Assembly: GCA_045588165.1 (NCBI GenBank)
Contig: JAZNDP010000015.1
Span: 12,214 to 76,213, forward strand
DNA from: Eubacteriales bacterium
Lineage (GTDB): Bacteria > Bacillota > Clostridia > Oscillospirales > CAG-272
Direction of reading: 5' to 3'
Length of the DNA: 64,000 nucleotides
Notes under the pieces: model-generated
Told to the model about the DNA's origin: nothing
Database searches by the model: none
What the model saw: the letters and a program-made list of their open reading frames with translations, nothing else
Made by a program: the position numbers and the translations under genes
Part shown: one piece after another, positions 56,084 to 64,000 of the stretch
How the letters are laid out: each line of letters opens with the position of its first letter
Position numbering within the stretch: position 1 is the first letter of the stretch

Positions 56084-58057
56084 TTATCCCTTTCGAAGCT
56101 CCGCGATCTTATCGCGAATATAGGCGGCTTGCTCAAACTCCAGATTCTTTGCCGCTCTTCTCATTTGTGCCGTCAGATCCTCGATCTGTCTATCCCGTTC
56201 CTTCGCGGAAAGCTTTCTGCCGCTGTCCTTCTTCCGACCGGACTCGCCCGTAGCCTTTCCGATCTCGATGACGTCGTGTACATCCTTGACGATGGTCTGA
56301 GGAATAATACCGTGAGCCTCGTTATATTCCATTTGAAGCGCTCTTCTTCGATTGGTTTCCCGAATCGCAGCCTTCATAGAGCCCGTCATGATATCCGCGT
56401 ACATAATGACCTTTCCCTCCGCGTTTCTGGCAGCCCGTCCAATCGTCTGGATCAGACTGCGCTCCGCACGCAAAAATCCTTCTTTATCCGCATCAAGGAT
56501 GGCAACCAAGGACACCTCGGGAATATCCAGTCCTTCTCTCAACAGATTGATTCCCACCAAAACGTCAAATTCTCCCCGACGGAGATCACGAACGATCTGC
56601 ATGCGCTCCAGCGTATCCACGTTAAAGTGAATGTACTTGACCTTGATGCCGTTCTTCTCCAGATATTCGGTCAGATCCTCCGCCATTTTTCGGGTAAGTG
56701 TTGTAACAAGCACACGCTCGTTCCTTTGGACACGAAGGCGGATCTCACCGATGAGATCATCTACCTGCCCCTCGATGGGTCTTACCTCGACCTCCGGATC
56801 CACAAGTCCGGTAGGACGAATGATCTGTTCCACGGTTTTCTCGGACATCTCCGCCTCGTATTCTCCGGGAGTGGCGCTGACGAAAACCGTTTGATGAATC
56901 TTTGATTCAAATTCTTCAAAGAAAAGAGGACGGTTATCATACGCCGAGGGCAAACGAAAGCCGAAATCAACCAGATTTTTCTTTCTGGCAGTATCTCCCC
57001 CGCTCATTCCCCTGACCTGCGGTATCGTAACGTGGGACTCATCCACAAACAAAAGAAAATCATCGGGAAAATAATCAAACAGCGTATGGGGAGTGGATCC
57101 CGCGGGTCTGCCCGCCAAAATACGGGAATAATTTTCGATTCCGGAGCAGAATCCCACCTCACGGAGCATTTCCATATCGTATTTGACCCGCTCCTCAATT
57201 CTCTGGGCTTCGATCAACTTTCCTTGAGAACGGAAGAACTCCACGCGCTCTACCATTTCCGACATGATCTGACCGATAGCTCTCTCTTTTTTATCATCGG
57301 ACACCGCATAGTGCGTAGCGGGATAGATGGCAACGTAATTGAGAGTCCTTAAGACCTCACCCGTAACAATATTGATCTCCGAGATCCGATCGATCTCATC
57401 CCCGAAAAATTCTACGCGCCAAGCCTTGTCCTGCATGTTTGCGGGAATGATGTCCACCGTATCACCCTGAACACGGAATTTGTCACGCTCCAAGGAAAGA
57501 TCGTTTCGATCATAGCTGATGGCAATCAGCCGACGAATCAGCTCGTCCCGCTCCATTGCCATACCTTGGCGAAGTGCCAGAACCAGCTTTTTATATTCCT
57601 CCGGGTCTCCCAAGGAATAGATACAGGACACACTCGCCACGATAATGACGTCGTTCCGCTCAAACAACGCGGAGGTGGCGCTGTGACGAAGCATATCGAT
57701 CTCGTCGTTGATCATGGCATCCTTTTCGATATATACGTCTTTTCCCGGGATATATGCTTCAGGCTGATAGTAATCGTAATAGGACACAAAATACTCTACG
57801 GCATTGTCCGGAAACATCTGCCGAAATTCGGAGCACAGCTGTCCTGCCAGCGTCTTATTGTGCGCCAGAACCAAGGTGGGCTTATTCACGTTGGCGATCA
57901 CGTTCGCCATGGTAAAGGTTTTTCCCGATCCGGTGACTCCCAGAAGCGTTTGCTTTTTCAACCCTTTTTTTATGCCGTCTGTCAGCTCTTGAATCGCGCG
58001 GGGCTGATCGCCGCTGGGCTGATAGCTTGAGCACAATTCAAATTTTCGTTCCGTCAT
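56084..58057 (-). CDS. uvrB: Excinuclease ABC subunit B
   Basis: Helicase motifs GVTGSGKT and DESH, beta-hairpin region and a C-terminal UVR domain. ATG 58057 lies 8 nt after GGAGG. Confidence 0.97.
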   Translation of the reverse strand: MTERKFELCSSYQPSGDQPRAIQELTDGIKKGLKKQTLLGVTGSGKTFTMANVIANVNKPTLVLAHNKTLAGQLCSEFRQMFPDNAVEYFVSYYDYYQPEAYIPGKDVYIEKDAMINDEIDMLRHSATSALFERNDVIIVASVSCIYSLGDPEEYKKLVLALRQGMAMERDELIRRLIAISYDRNDLSLERDKFRVQGDTVDIIPANMQDKAWRVEFFGDEIDRISEINIVTGEVLRTLNYVAIYPATHYAVSDDKKERAIGQIMSEMVERVEFFRSQGKLIEAQRIEERVKYDMEMLREVGFCSGIENYSRILAGRPAGSTPHTLFDYFPDDFLLFVDESHVTIPQVRGMSGGDTARKKNLVDFGFRLPSAYDNRPLFFEEFESKIHQTVFVSATPGEYEAEMSEKTVEQIIRPTGLVDPEVEVRPIEGQVDDLIGEIRLRVQRNERVLVTTLTRKMAEDLTEYLEKNGIKVKYIHFNVDTLERMQIVRDLRRGEFDVLVGINLLREGLDIPEVSLVAILDADKEGFLRAERSLIQTIGRAARNAEGKVIMYADIMTGSMKAAIRETNRRRALQMEYNEAHGIIPQTIVKDVHDVIEIGKATGESGRKKDSGRKLSAKERDRQIEDLTAQMRRAAKNLEFEQAAYIRDKIAELRKG

Positions 58058-58183
58058 CGACCACACCTCCGTCATTTTTTAACCTATCTTCAATATTATA
58101 TCATATTTTTTTGAGGAAATAAAGAGTTTCACTTAAAATAGAGACTTTATTTGCAGAAAAAAACAATTTTTTTCAAAAAAGTA

Positions 58184-58212
58184 TTGCAATTGAAAAGGAA
58201 ATGTGATATAAT
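58184..58212 (+). promoter_or_regulatory. Sigma-A promoter with extended -10 for tRNA-Val
   Basis: TTGCAA - 17 nt - TATAAT preceded by TGA (TGnTATAAT). The tRNA 5' end is 13 nt downstream. Confidence 0.65.
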
Positions 58213-58224
58213 ACTATTTGTTGC

Positions 58225-58301
58225 GGAGGCATAGCTCAGCTGGTTAGAGTGCATGCTTGACATGCATGAGGTCACTGGTTCGATTCCAGTTGTCTCCACC
58301 A
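58225..58301 (+). tRNA. tRNA-Val (anticodon GAC), CCA encoded
   Basis: Manual cloverleaf. 7-bp acceptor stem (one G-U), D arm GCTC/GAGT, anticodon stem CATGC/GCATG with loop TTGACAT, T arm ACTGG-TTCGATT-CCAGT, discriminator A plus CCA. Confidence 0.9.
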
Positions 58302-58331
58302 AAGCCCCAAAGGCGTGAGCCTTTGGGGCTT
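58302..58331 (+). terminator. Hairpin terminator after tRNA-Val
   Basis: Perfect 13-bp stem AAGCCCCAAAGGC / GCCTTTGGGGCTT with a GTGA loop. The T-run is weak. Confidence 0.7.
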
Positions 58332-58365
58332 GTCTTATTGTACTTTCTGTATGTTGGAGGACAGC

Positions 58366-60093
58366 GTGAAAAAACTGTTGAAGTATTTAAACGGATACAC
58401 AAAGGAATCCATTTTGGCTCCCGCCTTCAAATGCCTGGAGGCGATTTTTGAGCTCTTGGTTCCTTTGGCAGTTGCGCAAATTATTGACACGGGAATGCAC
58501 AGGGGAGACACAAAAACCGTCTTTTTCATGTGCGGCATCATGATCGCGCTCGGTGTCATCGGACTAGTTTGCGCGATCTGCGCCCAATTTTTTGCCGCAC
58601 GGGCTGCCGTTGGCTTTGCCACGAAAATGAGAAGCGCTCTTTTTTCTCATATACAAAGCTTCGACTACACCACCACGGATCGGATCGGGACGTCTACCTT
58701 GATTACCAGAATGACCACCGACATCAATTCGGTTCAAACGGGAATCAATCTGTTCCTTCGTCTGTTCATGCGCTCCCCTTTCATTGTTTTTGGCGCTATG
58801 ATCATGGCGTTTACCATCAACGTAAATCTTGCGCTGATCTTTGCCGCAACCATTCCTCTGTTGGCGATCGTCGTTTTCGGGATTATGCTGATTACCGTTC
58901 CGATTTACAAAAAATCACAGAAAAATCTGGATATTGTGGTTGGTAAGGTGCGGGAAAACTACAACGGAACGCGAGTAGTACGCGCATTCAACAAGGAGTC
59001 CTATGAGATTGAGGATTTTGATCAAAAGCATGGCGCCTTGACCAAAATCCAGCTCTTTGCGGGACGGATCTCTGCGCTGATGAATCCTCTCACCTATGTC
59101 ATTATCAATCTGGCGGTGGTTTTGCTGCTTCGAAACGGAGCGATTACCGTACAGGATGGAACGATTTCACAGGGTGAGCTGATTGCGCTGTATAACTATA
59201 TGTCGCAGATTCTGGTTGAGCTGATCAAGCTCGCCAATCTGATCATCACTCTGAACAAGGCATCCGCCAGCGCCCAGCGCATCTCGGATATTATGGATAC
59301 TCCCTCGGACATCCGCAGAACGGCGGAGGAGGAACATATGTGTGACGGAAGCGCAATTTCCTTCAAAAACGTATCCTATCATTATCATAAGGACGGTGAT
59401 GCGGCGATTTCGGACGTTACCTTTTCTGTGACTCCGGGACAAACGGTTGGTATTATTGGCGGAACGGGATCGGGAAAATCAACCCTTGTACAGTTGATGC
59501 CCGGCTTTTACGATCCAAGTGCGGGAAGTGTTTTCATCAACGGAAAAAACACGGCTCTTTACGAAAAGAATGAATTGAGAGATCTCTTTGGTGTCGTTTC
59601 TCAAAAAGCAACGCTATTCAAGGGTACCATCCGCTCCAATTTGCTATGGGGATGCCCAAACGCGGAGGACGAAGCGATCTGGAGCGCTCTCGAACTGGCA
59701 CAAGCAAAGGATTTTGTAGAGCAGAAGCCGAACGGTCTTGACGAGAAGGTTCAACAAAACGGAAGCAATTTTTCGGGCGGTCAGAAGCAACGACTGTCCA
59801 TTGCCCGTGCCCTTTTGAAAAAACCAAAATTCTTGATTCTGGATGATTCCGCCTCCGCATTGGATTATGTGACCGAATCCAAATTAAGAAAAGCGATCGC
59901 CGGTTTGGATTACGATCCAACAATTTTGATCGTTTCTCAACGCGCCTCGTCCATCATGCACGCCGATCTGATTCTCGTATTGGATGACGGCATCGTAGTG
60001 GGTCAAGGAACCCATGCGGAATTGATGGATTCCTGTGACGTATACCGCGAGATCTATCATTCTCAATTTCCCGAGGGAGGTGAGTCCAAATGA
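58366..60093 (+). CDS. ABC exporter permease/ATPase, subunit with degenerate catalytic site
   Basis: Six-TM exporter domain plus NBD. Walker A GGTGSGKST, signature FSGGQKQR, Walker B LILDDS (Asp where the catalytic Glu is expected). Start is GTG 58366 or ATG 58351. Confidence 0.85.
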   Translation: MKKLLKYLNGYTKESILAPAFKCLEAIFELLVPLAVAQIIDTGMHRGDTKTVFFMCGIMIALGVIGLVCAICAQFFAARAAVGFATKMRSALFSHIQSFDYTTTDRIGTSTLITRMTTDINSVQTGINLFLRLFMRSPFIVFGAMIMAFTINVNLALIFAATIPLLAIVVFGIMLITVPIYKKSQKNLDIVVGKVRENYNGTRVVRAFNKESYEIEDFDQKHGALTKIQLFAGRISALMNPLTYVIINLAVVLLLRNGAITVQDGTISQGELIALYNYMSQILVELIKLANLIITLNKASASAQRISDIMDTPSDIRRTAEEEHMCDGSAISFKNVSYHYHKDGDAAISDVTFSVTPGQTVGIIGGTGSGKSTLVQLMPGFYDPSAGSVFINGKNTALYEKNELRDLFGVVSQKATLFKGTIRSNLLWGCPNAEDEAIWSALELAQAKDFVEQKPNGLDEKVQQNGSNFSGGQKQRLSIARALLKKPKFLILDDSASALDYVTESKLRKAIAGLDYDPTILIVSQRASSIMHADLILVLDDGIVVGQGTHAELMDSCDVYREIYHSQFPEGGESK

Positions 60094-61844
60094 AGGTCAA
60101 GGAAAACGTAAAAACCTTTGGTGCGGTCTTACGGTACCTGAAAATTTATCGTATCCATTTTCTGATTTCTCTGCTCTTTACCGCTATTTCGGTCGCCCTT
60201 ACTCTGTACGTTCCCATTCTGGTTGGTAACGCCATCGATTTTGCCATTGGTCAGGGACAGGTAGACCTGCCGTCTATTGGCAGAATTCTGATTAAAATCA
60301 CAGTTTCCGTTCTGATCACGGGCTTGCTTGGATGGTTGATCAACGTGCTGAACAACCGCATGACCTACGGGATTATGAGAAACATAAGACACAGGGCCTT
60401 CCTTCGAATTCAGGAGTTTCCCATTTCCTTTATTGATTCTCACCGAACGGGAGAGATCGTCAGCCAAATTATTACCGATGTGGATCAGTTCTCCGACGGA
60501 CTGCTGGTTGGATTCACCCAGTTCTTCAATGGCATTATGACCATTCTGGGAACTCTGATTTTTATGCTGATCATCAGCCCTCCCATTACCGTTCTTGTGG
60601 TAATCGTTACCCCGCTGTCTCTGTTTGTAGCCGCGTATATTGCGAAAAAAACTTATTCTATGTTTAAGCTGCAATCCGAAATTCGCGGGGAGCAAACGGG
60701 GTTGATCGACGAGACGATCAGCGGACACAAGACGGTGGTAGCATTTTCACAGGAGGATCGGGTACAAAAGGAATTTGACGAGATCAATGACCGTCTGTCC
60801 GATGCTTCCCTTCGCGCCATCTTTTTCTCCTCCATCACCAATCCTGCCACTCGCTTTGTCAACAGTCTGGTTTACGCATTGATTGCCCTTGTTGGCGCAC
60901 TGCTTTATATCGGCGGTGGCAGCAGCATCACGATCGGTACTCTTTCCAGTTTCCTTTCCTATGCCACCCAGTATACCAAGCCCTTTAACGAGATCTCGGG
61001 TGTTGTCACCGAGCTGCAAAATGCCCTGGCTTGCGCGGCAAGAGTCTTTGACCTGATCGAGCAACCCATCCAATCTCCGGATGCGGAGGATCCTTGCGTC
61101 CCCGAAACCATTGAGGGAAACGTGAAATTTTCTCACGTTGATTTTTCCTATACTACCGATAAACCGCTGATTCGCGACTTCAACATGGAGGCGAAACCCG
61201 GGCAGCACATTGCCATCGTAGGTCCTACGGGATGCGGAAAAACGACGCTGATCAATTTACTGATGCGCTTTTACGATGTCAAAGCGGGTGTGATTTCGCT
61301 GGATGACGTCAATATTCAGGAATACACACGCCACAAGCTTCGAACCTCCTACGGAATGGTATTGCAGGACACTTGGCTTTGCGGAGGAACCATTCGGGAT
61401 AACATTGCCTTCGGAAAACCGGATGCTGATGACGAGGAAATTATTGCCGCTGCCAAAGCCGCTCACGCTCATAGCTTTATTCGCCGTTTGCCCAATGGAT
61501 ATCAAACGGTCATTTCCGAGGACGGCGGTTCCCTGTCACAGGGGCAAAAACAGCTTCTTTGCATTGCAAGAGTCATGCTTTGTTTGCCTGAAATGCTGAT
61601 TCTTGATGAAGCGACATCGTCGATTGATACACGAACCGAGATCCGAATTCAAAAAGCCTTTGCCACCATGATGGAGGGGCGAACCAGCTTTGTTGTTGCT
61701 CATCGATTATCCACCGTTCAGGAAGCGGACATTATTCTCGTGATGAAAGACGGTAACATTATCGAGCAAGGCACCCACGCCGCATTGCTGAAAAACAATG
61801 GATTTTATACCGAGTTGTATCACAGTCAATTTGCAACCGAATAA
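60090..61844 (+). CDS. ABC exporter permease/ATPase, subunit with consensus site
   Basis: 584 aa. Walker A GPTGCGKTT, signature LSQGQKQL, Walker B LILDEATS. ATGA overlap with the upstream subunit supports a heterodimer. Confidence 0.88.
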   Translation: MKVKENVKTFGAVLRYLKIYRIHFLISLLFTAISVALTLYVPILVGNAIDFAIGQGQVDLPSIGRILIKITVSVLITGLLGWLINVLNNRMTYGIMRNIRHRAFLRIQEFPISFIDSHRTGEIVSQIITDVDQFSDGLLVGFTQFFNGIMTILGTLIFMLIISPPITVLVVIVTPLSLFVAAYIAKKTYSMFKLQSEIRGEQTGLIDETISGHKTVVAFSQEDRVQKEFDEINDRLSDASLRAIFFSSITNPATRFVNSLVYALIALVGALLYIGGGSSITIGTLSSFLSYATQYTKPFNEISGVVTELQNALACAARVFDLIEQPIQSPDAEDPCVPETIEGNVKFSHVDFSYTTDKPLIRDFNMEAKPGQHIAIVGPTGCGKTTLINLLMRFYDVKAGVISLDDVNIQEYTRHKLRTSYGMVLQDTWLCGGTIRDNIAFGKPDADDEEIIAAAKAAHAHSFIRRLPNGYQTVISEDGGSLSQGQKQLLCIARVMLCLPEMLILDEATSSIDTRTEIRIQKAFATMMEGRTSFVVAHRLSTVQEADIILVMKDGNIIEQGTHAALLKNNGFYTELYHSQFATE

Positions 61845-61883
61845 AGACAGGAGACGATTGCAGAGCAATCGTCTCCTGTCTTT
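61843..61883. terminator. Bidirectional terminator between convergent genes
   Basis: Perfect 19-bp stem AAAGACAGGAGACGATTGC / GCAATCGTCTCCTGTCTTT with a 3-nt loop. Confidence 0.85.
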
Positions 61884-64000
61884 ATTTTCGTTGTTTTTCC
61901 TTCCATGCGATATAATCAAAATGGGTTCTGCAAAAATGATTATACTGCACCTCCGCACTTGATATTCCGCAAAATTCGTTCTCCGCTAACGCATGATTGA
62001 AAAACGGAAGAGTTGGAGACGTTTCGGGCAACGTTGAACTGCCGATCTCACGCCAAACGTATTGGGCATCCGTCACGGTAATTTGTATCGGAAAGCTCCG
62101 TTTTACCTGGATCATGCCCACATATTGAACAGATTCCGACGGGCACAGATTATCCAAGCATACACCGCCATCCGCCGAATCATACTTTACCGGTATATGA
62201 CAGGTGCAGTACTCGGTAGGCTCTGTTCCCGCAACAAAATACCCGATCTCCTTCCGTGTACCGCGGGGATCTCTTTGGCACGCCTGTGTCATGAGAGCAC
62301 CCGAATCCGAGCAATATTCCCGTGCCACTACGTTCTCTCCCAAGGAAAAAGTATCCAGATTTTCCCGATCGGTTGATGGAAGCACCTCTCTTTCGTGAAT
62401 CCGTGTCATGATGTCATCCCAGATATCAATACAGATATTACTTCCGCTCAATGCCTTGGGATACTCATAACCGTACCACACACCACCGATAAAATAAGGC
62501 GTATATCCCACATACCATCGGTCATAATTATTTTGTGTTGTTCCGGTTTTGCCCGCGCATTCCACCATCTTTTGCAGGGAGATCGCCGTCGCCGTACCGC
62601 TCTTGACAACATCTTGAAGCATACGGCTGACAACCGAGGCACTATCTGCCCCTATGACGGCTTTTCCTGCATACCGATTTTCCAGCACAATGCTTCCCGC
62701 GCTATCCGTTACCTTATAATAAGAACGGGGGGCGTTATAAATTCCCTGATTGACAAAAATAGAATACGCCGCCGTAATCTCTCGAACCGTAACGCCGTAA
62801 TTCATTTGTCCCAGCGCCAAAGAGGCAAGATCAATATCCGTTATATACGCTCCGTCTGCCGTATACCCCGAGGAGATCAGACTTTTCATATTCAACTCAT
62901 CATACAGAAAATCAAAGGACTCCTGCAAGCCAAGATCCTCAAGAACCCGCACCGTCACGGTATTAACCGAATGCGCCAACGCGTAATTGACGTTGGTCAA
63001 TCCACGATATGTTCCCGTGGAATTTTTAGGCCATGCTACAGGCTGAACGATCTCCCCCTTTTCCGCATCCAAATTATATTTCCCAAAGCTTACGGGTACG
63101 TCGTCGTAAACACTTGCCCAGGTAATCAAGCCCCGATCCAGAGCGGGGGCATATACCGACAGCGGCTTGATCACAGATCCCGCGGGACGGTTCGTTTGCG
63201 TGGCAAAATTCTGTATGCGGTTTGCGTTTTTCCTTCCGATAGCTCCGGCAACACCCAGAATATCCCCGTTTTGAGGGTCAATGACGATAATTGCCGACTG
63301 TGGCGCTTCTCCTTGCGCGTTGGAATAAAAATTTGCCGTATTTTCGTAATAGCCATCCAGAATCGACTGAATCTGCGGATCCATTGCGGTATAAATTTTC
63401 AATCCTCCCGTATAAATCATCAGATTTGCCATGGTACGGCTATAGCCCTTTTCCTCAACCAGATCGTTGATGATATCCTCCAGCACCATATCCACGTACC
63501 AGGAATTGATCTCGCTTGAATCATACTTTTCATTGATTTTCAGGGCAAGTTCCTTTTGCATGGCATCTTCCATTTCCTCAACGGAAATATACCCCTGCTT
63601 TTGCATTTCCTTCAGAATCAGATCTCTTCGGCTTTTATTATTCTCGGGGTTTAAAATCGGATCGTAATAGGATGGACTGTTGGTAATAGCGGCAATGCAA
63701 GCGCATTCACTTAAGGATAACTCCCATACGCTTTTGGAAAAATAATACTCCGATGCCGCCTGAACGCCGTAACACCCTTGTGATAGATTGATGATATTCA
63801 AGTACAGCCCAAGAATCTCTTGCTTGTCCATCTTGGTTTCCAAATCCAACGCCCAGAATATTTCCTGAAGCTTTCGCTGAAAAGAATACTCATCCTTATC
63901 GGTTACGTTTTTGATCAGCTGTTGCGTAATGGTGGATCCGCCGAAGCTATCGCTGAATTTCAAAAAATAATTGACTCCCGCGGATACAGTTCGTTTCCAG
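61882..64000 (-). CDS. Class A penicillin-binding protein (glycosyltransferase GT51 + transpeptidase), 5' end outside window
   Basis: The reading frame stays open upstream of the listed TTG (…WKRTVSAGVNYFLKFSD…). GT51 motifs GGSTITQQL and RK..E, transpeptidase SxxK (GSVIKPL), and KTGT. Confidence 0.9.
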   Translation of the reverse strand, partial: WKRTVSAGVNYFLKFSDSFGGSTITQQLIKNVTDKDEYSFQRKLQEIFWALDLETKMDKQEILGLYLNIINLSQGCYGVQAASEYYFSKSVWELSLSECACIAAITNSPSYYDPILNPENNKSRRDLILKEMQKQGYISVEEMEDAMQKELALKINEKYDSSEINSWYVDMVLEDIINDLVEEKGYSRTMANLMIYTGGLKIYTAMDPQIQSILDGYYENTANFYSNAQGEAPQSAIIVIDPQNGDILGVAGAIGRKNANRIQNFATQTNRPAGSVIKPLSVYAPALDRGLITWASVYDDVPVSFGKYNLDAEKGEIVQPVAWPKNSTGTYRGLTNVNYALAHSVNTVTVRVLEDLGLQESFDFLYDELNMKSLISSGYTADGAYITDIDLASLALGQMNYGVTVREITAAYSIFVNQGIYNAPRSYYKVTDSAGSIVLENRYAGKAVIGADSASVVSRMLQDVVKSGTATAISLQKMVECAGKTGTTQNNYDRWYVGYTPYFIGGVWYGYEYPKALSGSNICIDIWDDIMTRIHEREVLPSTDRENLDTFSLGENVVAREYCSDSGALMTQACQRDPRGTRKEIGYFVAGTEPTEYCTCHIPVKYDSADGGVCLDNLCPSESVQYVGMIQVKRSFPIQITVTDAQYVWREIGSSTLPETSPTLPFFNHALAENEFCGISSAEVQYNHFCRTHFDYIAWKEKQRK

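Noticed and set aside
53646-56905. Several 275-335-aa plus-strand ORFs inside uvrA/uvrB. The same applies to similar long antisense ORFs inside spoIVA (40131-40778), trmD/rimM (48688-49395), uvrC (43002-43784) and the PBP gene (62395-63519).
   Set aside because: They are all antisense shadows of strongly supported genes, with no RBSs and no recognisable domains.
1-64000. CRISPR arrays, rRNA genes, IS elements, or long direct or tandem repeats.
   Set aside because: I saw no regularly spaced repeats, cas genes, rRNA-like sequence or transposase ORFs on reading the window. The intergenic regions are short and are accounted for by promoters and terminators. A by-eye scan cannot exclude short dispersed repeats.

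Overview
This is a chromosomal, mostly housekeeping window from a spore-forming Clostridia-type Firmicute. The evidence is spoIVA, spoIIID, a SpoVB-like flippase and a pdaA-like gene, plus Gram-positive style sigma-A promoters, GGAGG ribosome-binding sites and hairpin terminators. Gene content in order: the 3' end of a phosphohexomutase, dxs and polA. Next comes an approx 8.3-kb [FeFe]-hydrogenase locus. It consists of a regulatory cassette (DRTGG, kinase-like ATPase, HydS-type sensory hydrogenase, DRTGG, PHP) followed by HydC, a second ATPase, HydD-like, HydB and HydA structural genes of the electron-bifurcating type. A short accessory stretch follows, with unknown proteins and an HprK-like P-loop / PqqD / S24-S26 peptidase triad. 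After that come a complete histidine operon (yerC-like, hisZGDCBHAF-IE), pdaA-like, proC, rlmB-like and spoIIID. The next block holds a COG0523 metallochaperone pair beside class II fba, ireB, a DacB-like carboxypeptidase, a Xer-type recombinase and spoIVA, followed by coaD-rsmD-uvrC, ptsH, rimM-trmD with envelope genes and yajC. The window ends with an amino-acid ABC importer, uvrB-uvrA, tRNA-Val(GAC), a heterodimeric ABC exporter and the 3' part of a class A PBP. I saw no CRISPR array, rRNA, transposase or prophage genes. The three most interesting items are: (1) the uncharacterised signalling cassette wrapped around the sensory and bifurcating hydrogenases; (2) an orphan RRE/kinase-like/peptidase triad with no visible precursor or core enzyme; (3) a COG0523 pair with an extreme His/Cys-rich insert. 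All calls rest on reading the ORF translations and the DNA by eye; no searches were run.
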